The notes under the pieces are model-generated. The model was not told where the DNA came from and ran no database searches. It saw only the letters and a program-made list of their open reading frames with translations. Made by a program: the position numbers and the translations under genes. Shown piece after piece: positions 28,542 to 37,596 of a stretch of 64,000 nucleotides of DNA. The stretch lies in IMG/VR virus record IMGVR_UViG_3300028840_003168, one strand, 5' to 3'. This DNA is from a virus. The first letter of the stretch is position 1; every line of letters begins with the position of its first letter.

Positions 28542-30278
28542 ATGGACGAAGGATACACATTCACGCTCCAGGGTTACGACGTAGTTGTGAACGAGACCGA
28601 GAATTCCGAGGTTTTCCATGTTCAGATTCATGAAGGTGGGGCGCCTGTCTATGAGACCGATGTCCCCATCACTTTGGAGGACGAGGAAATTATCCTTGAT
28701 GAGGTAATCGATCACGCGGCCAAGGCTGCGATTGATATGTACGAGTCGGAGAAAGGTACCTTGGGACAAGGTGCTGAACCGCTAGAAATAGAGGCCAAAA
28801 TGAAAAGAGGACAAGCGATAGCTTCCCCAGGATGCTACTGGATGGAGTCGTGCAACTACACCGAATGGCTCATGCAGCTCAAAGGCACCCCCTACGAGCA
28901 GCAGGCCATCGTTCTGCTTGAGGAACTTATCAACCTCCAGGCCCCAGGCGCGACCAACACCGAGCTGGATGCTTTGTATAAGCAGAAAAGCCAGGTGGAG
29001 CATGAGCTGGATCGGCTGAACCTGGAGAGACTCAAGACTGCCGATCCTCCCAAACAGATCGTTGTCATTGAGGCCAACCGTACCCGGCGTGTGAGCTTCT
29101 CCGGGTTAGACTGGGTCGAAGGTTTCCTGGATGCGTTCAAAGACCACAGGCTGGAGCCTCAGGCCATTCTCAAGGTCAAGGAACTGATCGACCTGGAAGC
29201 GGCCATCGACGTGGCCAGCGCCACCGAGAGTGGTACCTGGGACCAGCAGGACGAGGTTCGCCGGCAGATGGACGCACTGCTCATCGAGAAGACCAAGTCC
29301 GAGGTGGACCAGAAGCTCCCCCAGAGCGGCATCGAGGTGGCCCCTGAGATGGCCAACGACATCGCTGACCTGATGGAAGGCGTCTCGATGGACGCTCCCC
29401 TGGAGCCGATGGTGGCTCGTCGCCGGCAGGTTGCTTACGAGGAGTACTACCCCGGTGAACACGGGGAAGGTGCGACAAGCAACTCGATTCTGGATGCCAT
29501 GGCCCGTGCCGTGTATGTGACCAGCTGGTCTAGTGAGTGGGAGTACCTGTGGGAAGACTATGAGGACGAGGTTATCGAAGAAGAAGCTGAAGAACTCGGA
29601 ATCGAAGTTCCCAATTTCATGGGTGCTGAACTCATGTCGATTGCACCGCCCACTGAGAAAGAGGCTCATGACCTTGCCAAGAAAGTGTATGACGAAATCG
29701 AGCGCGATAACAATGTGAACCTCGAAGACTTCATCCCGCCAGGAGAGGATGAGGACTTTGATCAGTTTGAGTTTGGTCACTATCTCATGATGGAGGTGCT
29801 GGGTTCTGGTGTTGCCTGGAGCGATGACCACGAAGACCACGGGTTGAAGCTCCCGTGGGAGGAGGGGGTCCAAGTTGAGGGCCTGACTCCTTTGGTGAAT
29901 GTCTTGTACGAGAAATATGGGGAGGGTCGCGAGGCTTCCAGAAAAGGCTGCCGCAGACCTGTTAGAAAGAGAGCCCAGGATGACAAGAAAGACCCTTTCG
30001 AGGTTGAGGAATTTGGTACGGAACTGGGGAAGGGTCACGGGGACCTGGACCCCGCGGAGGTTCCCGAAGCGACCCGAGTTCCTTTCGGCCCAGGCAACTA
30101 CATAAAGCTCAAGAACGAGGTCAAGGTTCCGTTGTGGGGAGGAGCTTCTCGTACCATACCCAAAGGTACGAAAGGGTTTGTGGACTCTTTGTATGACGGC
30201 CACGGCGACCGTTTCTATATCAGAACTGAAGAAGGCGCTCTGTTCAGCACCGACCGAGATAATTTGGCAAAAGCTTAG
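28542..30278 (+). CDS. Acidic modular polyprotein 3
   Basis: Linkers EAKMKRGQ, EANRTRRVSF, VARRRQVAY, EASRKGCRRPVRKRAQ; internally duplicated helical module. Confidence 0.75.
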   Translation: MDEGYTFTLQGYDVVVNETENSEVFHVQIHEGGAPVYETDVPITLEDEEIILDEVIDHAAKAAIDMYESEKGTLGQGAEPLEIEAKMKRGQAIASPGCYWMESCNYTEWLMQLKGTPYEQQAIVLLEELINLQAPGATNTELDALYKQKSQVEHELDRLNLERLKTADPPKQIVVIEANRTRRVSFSGLDWVEGFLDAFKDHRLEPQAILKVKELIDLEAAIDVASATESGTWDQQDEVRRQMDALLIEKTKSEVDQKLPQSGIEVAPEMANDIADLMEGVSMDAPLEPMVARRRQVAYEEYYPGEHGEGATSNSILDAMARAVYVTSWSSEWEYLWEDYEDEVIEEEAEELGIEVPNFMGAELMSIAPPTEKEAHDLAKKVYDEIERDNNVNLEDFIPPGEDEDFDQFEFGHYLMMEVLGSGVAWSDDHEDHGLKLPWEEGVQVEGLTPLVNVLYEKYGEGREASRKGCRRPVRKRAQDDKKDPFEVEEFGTELGKGHGDLDPAEVPEATRVPFGPGNYIKLKNEVKVPLWGGASRTIPKGTKGFVDSLYDGHGDRFYIRTEEGALFSTDRDNLAKA

Positions 30279-30300
30279 TTCCGCTTAGTTCCTCTCTCCC

Positions 30301-30341
30301 GAGGCCCCTGGTTCGCCTTTCGCCAGGGGCCTCAATTATTT
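30301..30341 (+). terminator. Intrinsic terminator after the polyprotein operon
   Basis: GAGGCCCCTGG/CCAGGGGCCTC 11-bp stem followed by AATTATTT. Confidence 0.75.
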
Positions 30342-30344
30342 GAT

Positions 30345-30373
30345 TGACGATAACCTCCTCATATTTTAAGCTC
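30345..30373 (+). promoter_or_regulatory. Sigma70-like promoter
   Basis: TTGACG-N17-TAAGCT, same layout as the 15569 promoter including TAACCTC. Confidence 0.5.
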
Positions 30374-30519
30374 TGATTCTCCATTCCGACAGAACTGGGT
30401 TGGCCTTCCTGGGCCGTTCAAACTTTTCCATTCGCTGGACAAAAACCGCACTCAGTTCTGTCGGTTCTTTTTTTGACATTGACCTTCGCATATTGATAGC
30501 CTATTTTAAGGAGGTCAAT

Positions 30520-30693
30520 ATGAGACGTATAGATGAATCAATAGCAAGGGGCGCAGGCTGTGTGTACATCATGAGTGTTCCACTGCTTAAAGAACTCGCA
30601 AAGAGGTATGGTACAATGTCAGCTGCTGAAGTATTTGAGATGGAGAGGAGAAGACGTGAACAAAAAGTCGCAGAGAAAAAAGCGCAAGCGTAA
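30520..30693 (+). CDS. Small hypothetical protein
   Basis: SD AAGGAGG, ATG 30520. Confidence 0.5.
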   Translation: MRRIDESIARGAGCVYIMSVPLLKELAKRYGTMSAAEVFEMERRRREQKVAEKKAQA

Positions 30694-30859
30694 AGAGAAG
30701 CGGAGAGCCCAGGATGCTACAGTTCCCATTAAGAAACCCAAGATACAGCCCCCACCTGTTCAGAAGGAACTTTCTGAAGATTTATAGTCCGCTTTAAAAG
30801 TTCCAACGGTATATTAGATATGATGGTTTCGTTAACCCAATACTAGGAGGTGTTCGAGT

Positions 30860-31549
30860 ATGCGAGTTCCGTTGATGTTTGTGTTAGGTTCCGTGCTGGT
30901 AATGATGCTGGCTGCGGTGAGTGTAAGAGGTATGACCGATAAGGGCCTTAACCGGCCCGTTTCTATCGGTCAGTGGACAGAGAAGACAAAAAGGATAGCC
31001 GCGCAATCAGTGATCGGTGAAGCAGGGTGGGGCAGTTCAGAACGTCCGCATGAAGTTATGAATGAATGGGTTTCAATCATGCAGGTGTATGTGGTCAGGT
31101 ATAGGGAGATACGGCAGACGGGCAGAAACTGGTCTTTGTCGAAAGTTATCAGAAAGTATTCAGCTGCGGTGAAGAAAAGGAGTACTCATGCAAGGCCGTG
31201 GATACTTGGAATAGACAGAGAGTGCAAACGTCCGCGAGGGTGGCCTCAGGAACTCAGGTGGAAGTCTGTACATAAGCCGATATGTGAAAGGGCCTTCCTT
31301 ACTTTGGATAGGTGGGCCAATGGTGATATCAAGACCTTGACTCCTGAGGCAAATCATTATGGCGGCTCAATGGATGCATGGTATGCGGAGAAAGTAATGA
31401 AGTGGAAACGTGTACCGACTCCTCCATATTACGGTAACAAGTTTTATGATTCTCGCCGCCTTACAGGCAAGCCCCTCGTCGCACCCAGAATGGCAGCTCC
31501 TGGGATTCCGATGTTCGGGAACCTGGAACTCGTCCGACCGAAGATTTAG
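30860..31549 (+). CDS. SleB-like cell wall hydrolase with N-terminal signal/anchor
   Basis: Hydrophobic N-terminus; AAQSVIGEAG, TPEANHYG and GNKFY resemble Hydrolase_2 motifs. Confidence 0.6.
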   Translation: MRVPLMFVLGSVLVMMLAAVSVRGMTDKGLNRPVSIGQWTEKTKRIAAQSVIGEAGWGSSERPHEVMNEWVSIMQVYVVRYREIRQTGRNWSLSKVIRKYSAAVKKRSTHARPWILGIDRECKRPRGWPQELRWKSVHKPICERAFLTLDRWANGDIKTLTPEANHYGGSMDAWYAEKVMKWKRVPTPPYYGNKFYDSRRLTGKPLVAPRMAAPGIPMFGNLELVRPKI

Positions 31550-31564
31550 TCCTTCTCAAAAAAA

Positions 31565-31607
31565 AGAACCTCGATATATTGACAGGTTCTGAAAAATGTG
31601 CAGAATA
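31565..31607 (+). promoter_or_regulatory. Sigma70-like promoter with palindrome AGAACCT-N12-AGGTTCT across the -35
   Basis: TTGACA at 31579-31584 inside a perfect 7-bp inverted repeat. Confidence 0.65.
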
Positions 31608-31654
31608 GTAGTTGTGAATCAATTTCCAAGCCTTTAACGGCAAAGGAGGTTACA

Positions 31655-34003
31655 TTGACAAAAACCCTAAACATAGCATGTGAGCTTCAACGGGCGGCGA
31701 ACGCCTTGTCCCAAGTCTGTGATGGGGCTGTTGAGGATGATGGCATGGGCTACAACGCCTGTGACACGTCATTCGGCAAGTACATCGCCGCGGTGGACCC
31801 TTCGGAGTGGGATGACGAGATCTGCTTCGTAGTTCATCGTATGCTCAAGAAGTACCAGGAGCAACTCGAATCCTACGACATCATTTATGACGAGCTGCCC
31901 AGGCCCGAGGTCAAGTGGGAGAAGGCCCCTAAGCGCGGTGACGTCTCCAAGCGCATGAAATCCAAGGCTGCTCGGGCCGACTGCCTCAAGGAACTTCAGC
32001 GGGAGCGTTCTGAGGGCGGTGGCGCACTGAATATCAAGAATACGTTCAAGAAGGTCATGATGTGCGGGTGGAGTGAAACGCATCAGGCTTTCGAGCTGGT
32101 GTCGCCTAAGGACTGGGACCTGGTGAACCGTATCAAGGAAGCTAAGTACAAGGACCGTAAGTGGACCGGCATGGCCTGGTTGATGTCAGGTGCCGGTCTT
32201 CTGCTGCTTCCGGCCATATTAAATGACTTCGATTTCGTCATCACGGACGAGGATCGTAAACGCCTGGACAAGATGATTAAGAAGGTCAAGGTTGAGCTGG
32301 CTGAAAAGGCTTCCAAGCCCCAGGTCTGGATCGAGGGCGATGTTGTCGTGACCAAGACTGATTACCATCCAGACCTTGTCCAGGTCATGCAGAACATCCA
32401 GGGTCGCAAATGGCGCGGTAGGGATGGTGGCCCTAAGGATGAGAACACTTTCCCGCTTAACGTAATCGCTGGCAGGCAGATTCTTGAGATGGTCGAACAG
32501 TTCAACCTCAGGGTTGCTGACGGCGTTAAGGGGCGGCTGGAGGATCTGGGTAAGGCGGCTGCCGAGCGTGTGAGTGCCAGCAACGCCCTGGATGCGGATC
32601 TGGACATCGAGGGCTTTGGTACCGACGAGCTGGTTCCTTATCCCTTCCAGAAGGGTGGCATCAAGTACGCCATGGGCGCGAAGAACACTTTTATCGCGGA
32701 TGAGATGGGTCTTGGCAAGACCGTCCAGGCCCTCGGGACCTTGCAGGCCACTAACACCTACCCCGCGCTCGTTATCGTTCCTAAAGGTGTCAACCTTCAG
32801 TGGGTGCGTGAAGCCGGTAGGTGGCTCCCCGGTCGGAGCTGTCAGCTTGTACGCGGCACCAAGCCTGTCGAGTACACCGCAGAAATCGTGGTCATCAATT
32901 ACGACATCCTTTTGAAGCACCTTCCAGGGCTCTTGGAACGCCCCTGGAAAGCCATTGTTCTCGACGAGAGCCACTACATCAAGAACCGCAAGGCGCAGCG
33001 CACAGCGGCTGCCATGGCGCTCTCAGCACTCGATAGCCTCGAAGTCAGACTGTGCCTCACGGGTACCCCGGTTCTGAACAGGCCCATTGAGCTGGTTCAG
33101 CAGCTTACCTTTCTGGGTACCTTGAACGACATGGGCGGTTTCTGGCATTTCGCCAAAAGGTTTTGTGACGCTCATGAAGCTGACGGGTTTTGGGATATGA
33201 ACGGCGCCTCGAACCTGGAGGAGCTGTCTAAGCGGCTCAGGGCCACCTGCTTTGTGAGGCGCGAGAAGGCCGATGTCATCAAGGAACTCCCGCCCCTGCA
33301 ACGGACTGTGGTTCCCGTCGAGCTGGACAACCTGGCAACGTATGAGGCGGCTCTCGCGGATGTTATCTCCTGGATGAGGTCCAAGAAGGCTGATGGCAGC
33401 GCCGATGCAGACAAGCGTGAGTACACCATCGAGGCCCTGGCGAAGATTGAGGGCCTGAAGCAACTGGTTGTCGAGCACAAGTTCAACAGTTGCGTTGAGT
33501 GGATTTCCAGCTTCCTGGACAGCGATGGTAAACTGGTGGTCTTCGCTCATCATCGCAACGTGCAGGACAAGCTGGCTGCGGCCCTGGCTGACTATAATCC
33601 CGCCAGGATCGTGGGCGCGATGAATGATGAGGCTCGTAAAGGCCAGATTGACAAGTTCCGTAATGACGACTCCTGCCGGGTGGCCATCGTGTCCTTGAAG
33701 GCCGGTGGTACGGGCATCGACGGTTTGCAGATCGCTTCCAGCGTGGCCTTCGTCGAGTTCGGTTGGCACCCCGGTGAGATGGACCAGGCCGAGGCCAGGG
33801 TACACCGTATCGGTTCTGATGAAGGTGTGTCTGCGGTCAACTCCTACTGGCTGGGCGCCGAGGATACCTTTGACGATGACATTATCGGGCTTATTGAGGA
33901 GAAGCGGGTAGTCACCGAGGCCATTAATGCGGGACGGGAAATCGAGGGGAATGTGGATATCGTGAGCTGGTTTGAGATGCTCACGGGAGTTGAGGAGAAG
34001 TAA
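31655..34003 (+). CDS. SNF2-family (HARP/SMARCAL1-like) helicase
   Basis: ADEMGLGKT, VINYDIL, LDESHYIKN, LTGTPVLN, QAEARVHRIG; TTG start after AAGGAGG. Confidence 0.92.
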   Translation: MTKTLNIACELQRAANALSQVCDGAVEDDGMGYNACDTSFGKYIAAVDPSEWDDEICFVVHRMLKKYQEQLESYDIIYDELPRPEVKWEKAPKRGDVSKRMKSKAARADCLKELQRERSEGGGALNIKNTFKKVMMCGWSETHQAFELVSPKDWDLVNRIKEAKYKDRKWTGMAWLMSGAGLLLLPAILNDFDFVITDEDRKRLDKMIKKVKVELAEKASKPQVWIEGDVVVTKTDYHPDLVQVMQNIQGRKWRGRDGGPKDENTFPLNVIAGRQILEMVEQFNLRVADGVKGRLEDLGKAAAERVSASNALDADLDIEGFGTDELVPYPFQKGGIKYAMGAKNTFIADEMGLGKTVQALGTLQATNTYPALVIVPKGVNLQWVREAGRWLPGRSCQLVRGTKPVEYTAEIVVINYDILLKHLPGLLERPWKAIVLDESHYIKNRKAQRTAAAMALSALDSLEVRLCLTGTPVLNRPIELVQQLTFLGTLNDMGGFWHFAKRFCDAHEADGFWDMNGASNLEELSKRLRATCFVRREKADVIKELPPLQRTVVPVELDNLATYEAALADVISWMRSKKADGSADADKREYTIEALAKIEGLKQLVVEHKFNSCVEWISSFLDSDGKLVVFAHHRNVQDKLAAALADYNPARIVGAMNDEARKGQIDKFRNDDSCRVAIVSLKAGGTGIDGLQIASSVAFVEFGWHPGEMDQAEARVHRIGSDEGVSAVNSYWLGAEDTFDDDIIGLIEEKRVVTEAINAGREIEGNVDIVSWFEMLTGVEEK

Positions 34004-34435
34004 TTGAACGCACTAACCAAAGAAGAGGCCCTGGAGATAACTGCTCGACACTGCTACGGCAAGTCCTTTTCCGAGTACACCGATCCTGAGAGGGACCAGG
34101 TGGTGATTTCGGTCATCACCAAGATTGCCAAGCGCAGGATGGCTGGCAAGCCCGAGCCTCAATTCCAGGTGGATGACGAAGTCCTGGTGAAGCGCGGCAG
34201 GGCTCGTGGTGAGCTTGCAACGGTTACTGCTCTGCGCTGGGACGATTGGGAGTACCGGTGGGAGGTCATCGTGTACACAGAAGGTACCGAACGCAGGATG
34301 GGTCGCAGGATGGGCGGTAAGGAATCTAGCTTTAAGCTGGTTAGCAGGCCTGAACCGGTTCAGGAGCAGGTATCTGAAGAGACTCGTAAACGCAGTGATG
34401 AGCTTATGAAAGCTCTGGAAAGTTTGGAGGGCTAG
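34004..34435 (+). CDS. Hypothetical protein, possible KOW/SH3-like fold
   Basis: FQVDDEVLVKRGRARGELATV. Confidence 0.6.
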   Translation: MNALTKEEALEITARHCYGKSFSEYTDPERDQVVISVITKIAKRRMAGKPEPQFQVDDEVLVKRGRARGELATVTALRWDDWEYRWEVIVYTEGTERRMGRRMGGKESSFKLVSRPEPVQEQVSEETRKRSDELMKALESLEG

Positions 34436-34436
34436 A

Positions 34437-35045
34437 ATGACAAACGAAAGACAATACACAAAAGCGGTAGATTTTGGCGACATACCTGTTGGCAGGTTGT
34501 TTATCTACCACGAAACTGTCTGGGTTAAGGTTAATCGGAAGGACGCAGCTTTCCTCAATGCCGAGGGTCCTGGCGTTGCTCAGTTTGATTTGCTCCAGAA
34601 AAGCTTTTCCGAGGATGAGTCGAATGAGGATGCTCCTATCCAGCTCCTGGATGGCGGCATGGTCGCAGAACTCATCATAGAGAAGCACCAGGCCTTGCTC
34701 AGGGAGGCCGCGGAGCAGACGGCGCAGGAGACCCTGGACAAGGAAAAGAACAAGATAATGGAAGTGTATAAGGGCTACGGTTGGGTGATCACGAGGGAGT
34801 TCATCGATTCCCCGGAAGCCGTGGGTAAGATGGGTCCGAGGGATGTGGAGTTCTCTCAGGAATACATCGAAAAATATGGTGCCGAGTTCCAGATGTATGA
34901 TGACGATGGGAACCTGTATTTCATCGGCAAGATTCTGGGCGACTACCAGGGCTTTGAGCCCCTGGACGACTTCGGTACTGCGTGGGCCGGTGCCACGTAT
35001 ATCAAGTACCTCAACCAGGAAACGAACACCTGGGAGATTATTTAG
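34437..35045 (+). CDS. Hypothetical protein
   Basis: SD GGAGG; C-terminal FQMYDDDGNLYFIG...EPLDDFG...G.T.I.Y pattern seen in phage hypothetical proteins. Confidence 0.7.
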   Translation: MTNERQYTKAVDFGDIPVGRLFIYHETVWVKVNRKDAAFLNAEGPGVAQFDLLQKSFSEDESNEDAPIQLLDGGMVAELIIEKHQALLREAAEQTAQETLDKEKNKIMEVYKGYGWVITREFIDSPEAVGKMGPRDVEFSQEYIEKYGAEFQMYDDDGNLYFIGKILGDYQGFEPLDDFGTAWAGATYIKYLNQETNTWEII

Positions 35046-35054
35046 GAGGGCAAG

Positions 35055-35309
35055 ATGACTGATTCCCTGGAGAAACCGCAAGTGACAAAAATAATCAAGG
35101 GGCATTCTATAACTCTTGAGAAGAGGGTTCGTTATGTAGCGAGTCTGGCGGCGATCACGCAAGATCGCAGGATATATCCAGTATCGATACGCAAGTACGA
35201 TGATTCTGAACTTGAAGTGGTGATTGCTGATCTTGAGTATGACCAAGCGAAAGAGCTGGTCAATGCTTTTAACAACGGGGCGAAAAGTCGTGATGGTAGG
35301 ATTTGGTAA
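35055..35309 (+). CDS. Hypothetical protein
   Basis: SD AGGAGG. Confidence 0.65.
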   Translation: MTDSLEKPQVTKIIKGHSITLEKRVRYVASLAAITQDRRIYPVSIRKYDDSELEVVIADLEYDQAKELVNAFNNGAKSRDGRIW

Positions 35310-35356
35310 CATGTGTCTTTCGTTTGAAAGGGCTTTGACGAAAATGGAGGTGTTAT

Positions 35357-35650
35357 ATGGAGGATACTAAATTACGAATAGGCGACGTTGTAAAAACTGT
35401 TTTTGGTGTGACTGGGGCTGTAGTGGGTTCTGTTAATGATTGGGTTATCGTAGAACACAATACTGGATTGGCTTATTATAGGGAAAGTGAAGTGGGACAT
35501 TCAACCTGTCCTATATGCAACACGATAGACCTTGACGGACTTGAAGCTTGCTCTGGTTGTTATATGCAAGTGGTTACAGAATTAGCCAAAGTCAAAAAAG
35601 AGAATAAGGCGCTTCGAGAGACTATTGCAAGAGGCGATCACACCATTTAA
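35357..35650 (+). CDS. Hypothetical Cys-containing protein (AT-richer segment)
   Basis: SD GGAGG; CPIC...CSGC. Confidence 0.6.
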   Translation: MEDTKLRIGDVVKTVFGVTGAVVGSVNDWVIVEHNTGLAYYRESEVGHSTCPICNTIDLDGLEACSGCYMQVVTELAKVKKENKALRETIARGDHTI

Positions 35651-35675
35651 GCACGGTTTGTAAGGAGGAAGACCG

Positions 35676-35888
35676 ATGAACATTTATGATTGGAAATGTC
35701 CAAAATGTGATCGAACTTGGCGTATAATTTCTTTTCCTCATCGATGTACTTGCGGTTATTTGAATGACAGCGAAGCGTTGCGACTGCATTTAAACGCACA
35801 ATTTGATGATGATAGCGGAAGCGAAGGCTATTCACATTATCACGAAACAGGAAGTGCCTGTTATTTGGGATGTAATTTCAGGCGATAA
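35676..35888 (+). CDS. Small zinc-ribbon hypothetical protein
   Basis: SD AAGGAGG; CPKC...CTC. Confidence 0.55.
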   Translation: MNIYDWKCPKCDRTWRIISFPHRCTCGYLNDSEALRLHLNAQFDDDSGSEGYSHYHETGSACYLGCNFRR

Positions 35889-35906
35889 TAGCAAGGAGGA
35901 AGTCCA

Positions 35907-36815
35907 ATGAAAGAACGATACGTAGCAAAGAATTTCAGACCGGCCACATTGGATTTGATTGAGATCTGTGAGGGCATCCTGAACGATTATGCCGCAGATG
36001 GGTATGATTTGACGCTTCGGCAGCTGTACTACCAGCTCGTGTCCAGGGACATCATTCCCAACAGTCAGAAAGAATACTCCAGGCTGGGTTCCATTGTGAA
36101 CGATGCTCGACTGGCCGGTTTGCTGGACTGGGAGCAGATTGTGGACCGTGGCAGAAAAACGGTGGAGAACTCTCACTGGACCGACCCGAGCGCCATATTA
36201 CGCTCCGCAGCCGCCTCATTCGCCATCGACAAGTGGGAGGCCCAACCCTACTACGTCGAGGTCATGTGCGAGAAGCAGGCCCTGGAAGGGGTCTTGGCGC
36301 CCGTCTGTGAGCGTCTGGATATTCCTTTCTCCTCGAACAAAGGGTACTCGTCCCAGAGCTTCATGTGGCGCAAGGGTAAGAACCTTTTGAGGAAGGTGCG
36401 GAGGGGCAAGGAAATTCTGCTGCTCTATCTCGGTGATCACGATCCTTCAGGATTGGATATGGACAGAGACATCAAGGACCGGCTTTCCATGTTCGTGGGT
36501 AATAGTGACCGTCTGCATGTGGAGAATCTGGACTTGAATCGGGTGGCTTTGACGATGGATCAGATCGAAGAGTTCAACCCGCCGCCGAACCCGGCGAAGA
36601 TTACGGACAGCCGTGCCAAGGAGTACATCAAGAAGCACGGTGACGAGAGCTGGGAGCTGGATGCCTTGGAGCCGCGGATATTGGCAGCGTTAGTCGAGGA
36701 CGCTGTTTTCGGGGTGCGGGACGAGGATCTCTGGATGGAAGCTCTGGCGAAGGAGCAGGCCATGACCGAGAGCCTGAAGGGCCTTGCGGACGAGTATAAG
36801 GATAAGGAATGGTAA
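35907..36815 (+). CDS. Topoisomerase VI-A/Spo11-like winged-helix + TOPRIM protein
   Basis: LTLRQLYYQLVS, EVMCEKQAL, LYLGDHDPSG (DxD), WELDAL. Confidence 0.8.
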   Translation: MKERYVAKNFRPATLDLIEICEGILNDYAADGYDLTLRQLYYQLVSRDIIPNSQKEYSRLGSIVNDARLAGLLDWEQIVDRGRKTVENSHWTDPSAILRSAAASFAIDKWEAQPYYVEVMCEKQALEGVLAPVCERLDIPFSSNKGYSSQSFMWRKGKNLLRKVRRGKEILLLYLGDHDPSGLDMDRDIKDRLSMFVGNSDRLHVENLDLNRVALTMDQIEEFNPPPNPAKITDSRAKEYIKKHGDESWELDALEPRILAALVEDAVFGVRDEDLWMEALAKEQAMTESLKGLADEYKDKEW

Positions 36816-36888
36816 TCACCTTCAACTTTAGAGAACCCACACGGCTTATTGTACACTGGTGCTTGGAGATTTTTGCCCAGAGGAGCCC

Positions 36889-37542
36889 ATGGAATTATTC
36901 TCTGAAATATCGAAGATTGCAAGGAAAAGAGCCATGCGTAAAAAGTCCATGAAGGATTACGATATCTTCCTGGAGGTGGCGAAGAGGTACGCCCAGACCA
37001 CAGATACCACAACGCTTGCCCCGGATGACATTCAAGTAGGTCAATCTGTGTTCGATCCAAACGATGAGGAGTTCATCGTTTTGGAGTCGGAAGATGCGGC
37101 CACCACCAAGGTGCTGATGCCTGCCGAGCAGCTCAACACAGGAGGCCTCCCGGAGAGCGTCCAGACCGTGGATGACGTTGCTCTTGAGTCAGACTATACT
37201 CTACAGCCCAGTGGCGCCCAGACGGGTGTGACGGCCTTCCACAAGGTACTGCCCGAGTTCCGGGAGAAAAAGCGGGCGGGAGTTTTGAAGGAGTTTCAGA
37301 AGAAAGCCCAGGCGACTCCCCAGGACATTATGTTGGAGAAGATCCAGGAGTTGCAGGAGGAGTTCCAGTATGCAGCCTACGCTCTTGTGGGTGCGTTGGC
37401 TGACTACTCAAACAACGGTGATCTCAATAAGCTGGATTTGGAACTTTCCAAGTTGAGAGTGGAAGGCATCCCGGATGAGGGCTTGGGGGTATCGGACCTG
37501 CGGGATCTGGTCGATGATGTCATGAGGGCTGAGGAAGTTTAA
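36889..37542 (+). CDS. Short acidic modular protein with basic linkers
   Basis: ARKRAMRKKS, VAKRYAQ, KKRAG, KKAQ; SD AGGAG. Confidence 0.7.
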   Translation: MELFSEISKIARKRAMRKKSMKDYDIFLEVAKRYAQTTDTTTLAPDDIQVGQSVFDPNDEEFIVLESEDAATTKVLMPAEQLNTGGLPESVQTVDDVALESDYTLQPSGAQTGVTAFHKVLPEFREKKRAGVLKEFQKKAQATPQDIMLEKIQELQEEFQYAAYALVGALADYSNNGDLNKLDLELSKLRVEGIPDEGLGVSDLRDLVDDVMRAEEV

Positions 37543-37596
37543 GGTTATGTTTAAGAAATCGGACATATTCCATTTTATCCTTTATGAGGTTAAACT

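Noticed and set aside
17435-30278. Arg-rich linkers as eukaryotic nuclear localisation or furin sites, or halophilic adaptation explaining the acidity
   Set aside because: Gene content, SD sequences and sigma70 promoters are bacterial-phage type; the replication and metabolic proteins are not comparably acidic, so the acidity is specific to the payloads
18080-33805. Long minus-strand ORFs (e.g. 25062-26243, 29106-30203, 33023-33805)
   Set aside because: Antisense shadows of strongly biased + strand genes; no SD or motifs
3101-34435. Several ORFs abut in frame across a stop (4213/4214, 9475/9476, 9658/9659, 12875/12876, 28538/28542, 34003/34004), suggesting stop-codon reassignment
   Set aside because: All three stop codons occur at such junctions, recognisable proteins (DnaX, SbcD, exonuclease, helicase) are complete at the stop, long genes are not fragmented, and several downstream genes have their own SD. 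Occasional readthrough at 28538 cannot be excluded.
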